From positions 2,976,001-3,040,000 of the forward strand of contig JAYWIR010000017.1 of assembly GCA_036172245.1 (NCBI GenBank): a DNA stretch of 64,000 nt. Reading direction: 5' to 3'. Below the pieces are notes generated by a model. The model saw nothing but the letters and a program-made list of their open reading frames with translations, had not been told where the DNA came from and made no database searches. A program made the translations under genes and the position numbers. Position 1 is the stretch's first letter, and every line of letters begins with the position of its first letter. Origin of the DNA: Raillietiella orientalis (lineage: Eukaryota). This document shows positions 62,445 to 64,000 of the stretch, piece after piece.

Positions 62445-62482
62445 ATCGCTTCTCGGCCTTTTGGCTAAGATCAAAGTGTAGT
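62445..62482 (+). ncRNA. U2: U2 snRNA 5' fragment (nt 1-38), a 3'-truncated non-functional copy
   Basis: ATCGCTTCTCGGCCTTTTGGCTAAGATCAAAGTGTAGT is the conserved 5' end of U2 (stem-loop I plus most of the branch-point recognition sequence). The expected continuation ATCTGTTCTT is absent. Confidence 0.93.
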
Positions 62483-64000
62483 CTTTCTCCTCGCGGGGGC
62501 TCGCCTCCTGGTTGCCACGGACCTCCTCCCCTCGAAATCGGCCTCTCCTCGTTTCACGGCTGGAGGGCAGCCCGGCGCGGCCGCGGAGTCTTTTTTCCGA
62601 AGTCTGCGAACTCTGCACCGGCGCCGGTGGCCTCACGTCCCGAGGGCTCTGCCGTGAACCTCAGGCCACGAGAGGGCAGCTGCTTGTCGGCATTCAGTTT
62701 AAGCTGCGAGGGGGATCTGGATCACTGGAAGATTTGAAGAGCGTTTTGGAAAGATCAGGAGCATTTTGGAGGGAAACTAGAGGGTGGAGTCCTTGGCTGC
62801 GTTCGTGTATTCTGGGTGTCGTGTTCTTCGATGTTAGTCCTTACGATCGAAAAGGGTCGAGTGTCGAGAAGACAACATTCTGAACGTCTTCTGTCTCGTG
62901 TGGAACTCCATAACAGTCTTAAAAGATCCGAGACAGGACATGGAGTGTAAAGATCGAGGGGTGACCCCTCCATTGCGCCTCCTATGGAGTCAGGACTCCG
63001 TTGGAGGCGCAACTGAGTCTCCAATGGAGTCTTGGAGTCAGTGCGAGAGCACTCGTCGCGGGATACCTGGTAATTTGCTATGGATTCAGAACGGCATCGT
63101 GATGAAAGAGCTGTGTTTCTCCTGAGACGAAGAGGTGCACCTCAGAAAAGGGACAGTGAATTTCAAAGCCTTGGCGAAGCCGTGACGCGCAATCCTCCAA
63201 GAACCGCAGTCTCTTTTTGGGAACCTGATACGGGGAACAGCTAAAAGTATCCTTCTTTCCCATCGCTTGTTTATGTCCCCATCAACATTTCTTGTGAAAG
63301 CCAGTTGTGGATAAAAGATGGATTCAAATATCTCGAGGATTTTTTTTGCTTGGCGCTGCAGATTTGGAAGTCATTAAACGGCATCAAAAGTCATTAAATG
63401 GAATCAGGGTGGAAAGCAAAGAGACGAGGCAGTATACTGAAAAAGGAACATTACCAAGAGGTTGGTGATGCAGGGCTTGATGGAGCATCAAAAAATTCAG
63501 ACAGGAGTTAGATACTTAATAACAAGTGTTGGAAAGGGAAGAAGAAGAAGATAGCAGTAACATGGACCAGTAGGGGAGGATGATTCAAGAAGATGTAAAG
63601 GTAAGGATTAATCAAGATGACTGAGAAATTTTTTTGCGCGCAGCCCCCGTAGTCACTAACTGCTCGGGCATGCTTACGGAATCGGCGGACTTGGACGCGT
63701 GACTTCCCGTAGAAAGCAGGGAAAGCTCCAGTCCCTCGAACGTCAGCTTGTGACTCGTGGTTCGAGCCATGCAGGAGTTATCATTTCCCGTTTCTAGGAT
63801 ACGATCTCGTTTGGAATGGAGCGAACGTTCAGAGCACAGGCGAGCACACGATTCGCTCGAGTCTCTCAAGTCTCGCAGGTGGAACTGACTGGGGATGAAG
63901 AACCATTTGCCAGAACGGCTTCCACGGAAGTACCTTCCCCGAGTACTTTCGAAGCCGAATCATTCTGAAGGATGGAGGGACCTCTCTAGGCGCTAACGAG

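Noticed and set aside
1..64000. CRISPR array, prokaryotic operon or defence system
   Set aside because: No regularly spaced direct repeats and no long intact ORFs. The U2 fragment and non-LTR content point to eukaryotic DNA.

Overview
Eukaryotic, probably invertebrate, nuclear DNA of roughly balanced GC with many homopolymer runs. It is a heavily decayed transposon graveyard. I found no intact protein-coding gene, rRNA, complete tRNA or CRISPR array, and most of the ORF track is noise or pieces of broken reading frames. Supportable content: (1) about 20 frameshifted fragments of L1/Tx1-type non-LTR retrotransposons, covering APE endonuclease, RT, thumb, C-terminal zf-RVT and gag-like ORF1 motifs, with a shared hairpin-terminated 3' end in 4 copies. 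(2) Two fragments with NeSL/Utopia-like motifs, one carrying the CCHC knuckle plus restriction-like endonuclease. (3) A 38-nt 5' fragment of U2 snRNA that stops at the site I recall as the Utopia/Keno target. (4) A multi-copy ORF1-like repeat containing a tRNA T-arm/B-box-like motif, one copy split by a 698-bp L1 fragment with an exact 11-bp target-site duplication. (5) A hAT (SPIN/GTF2IRD2-like) transposase remnant, a probable NACHT pseudogene, and three copies of an unidentified exon. All domain calls come from manual translation and motif recognition, not database searches. I cannot support a new intact biological system here. The best leads are the U2 fragment, the ORF1-only (HAL1-like) repeat and the structured L1 3' end.
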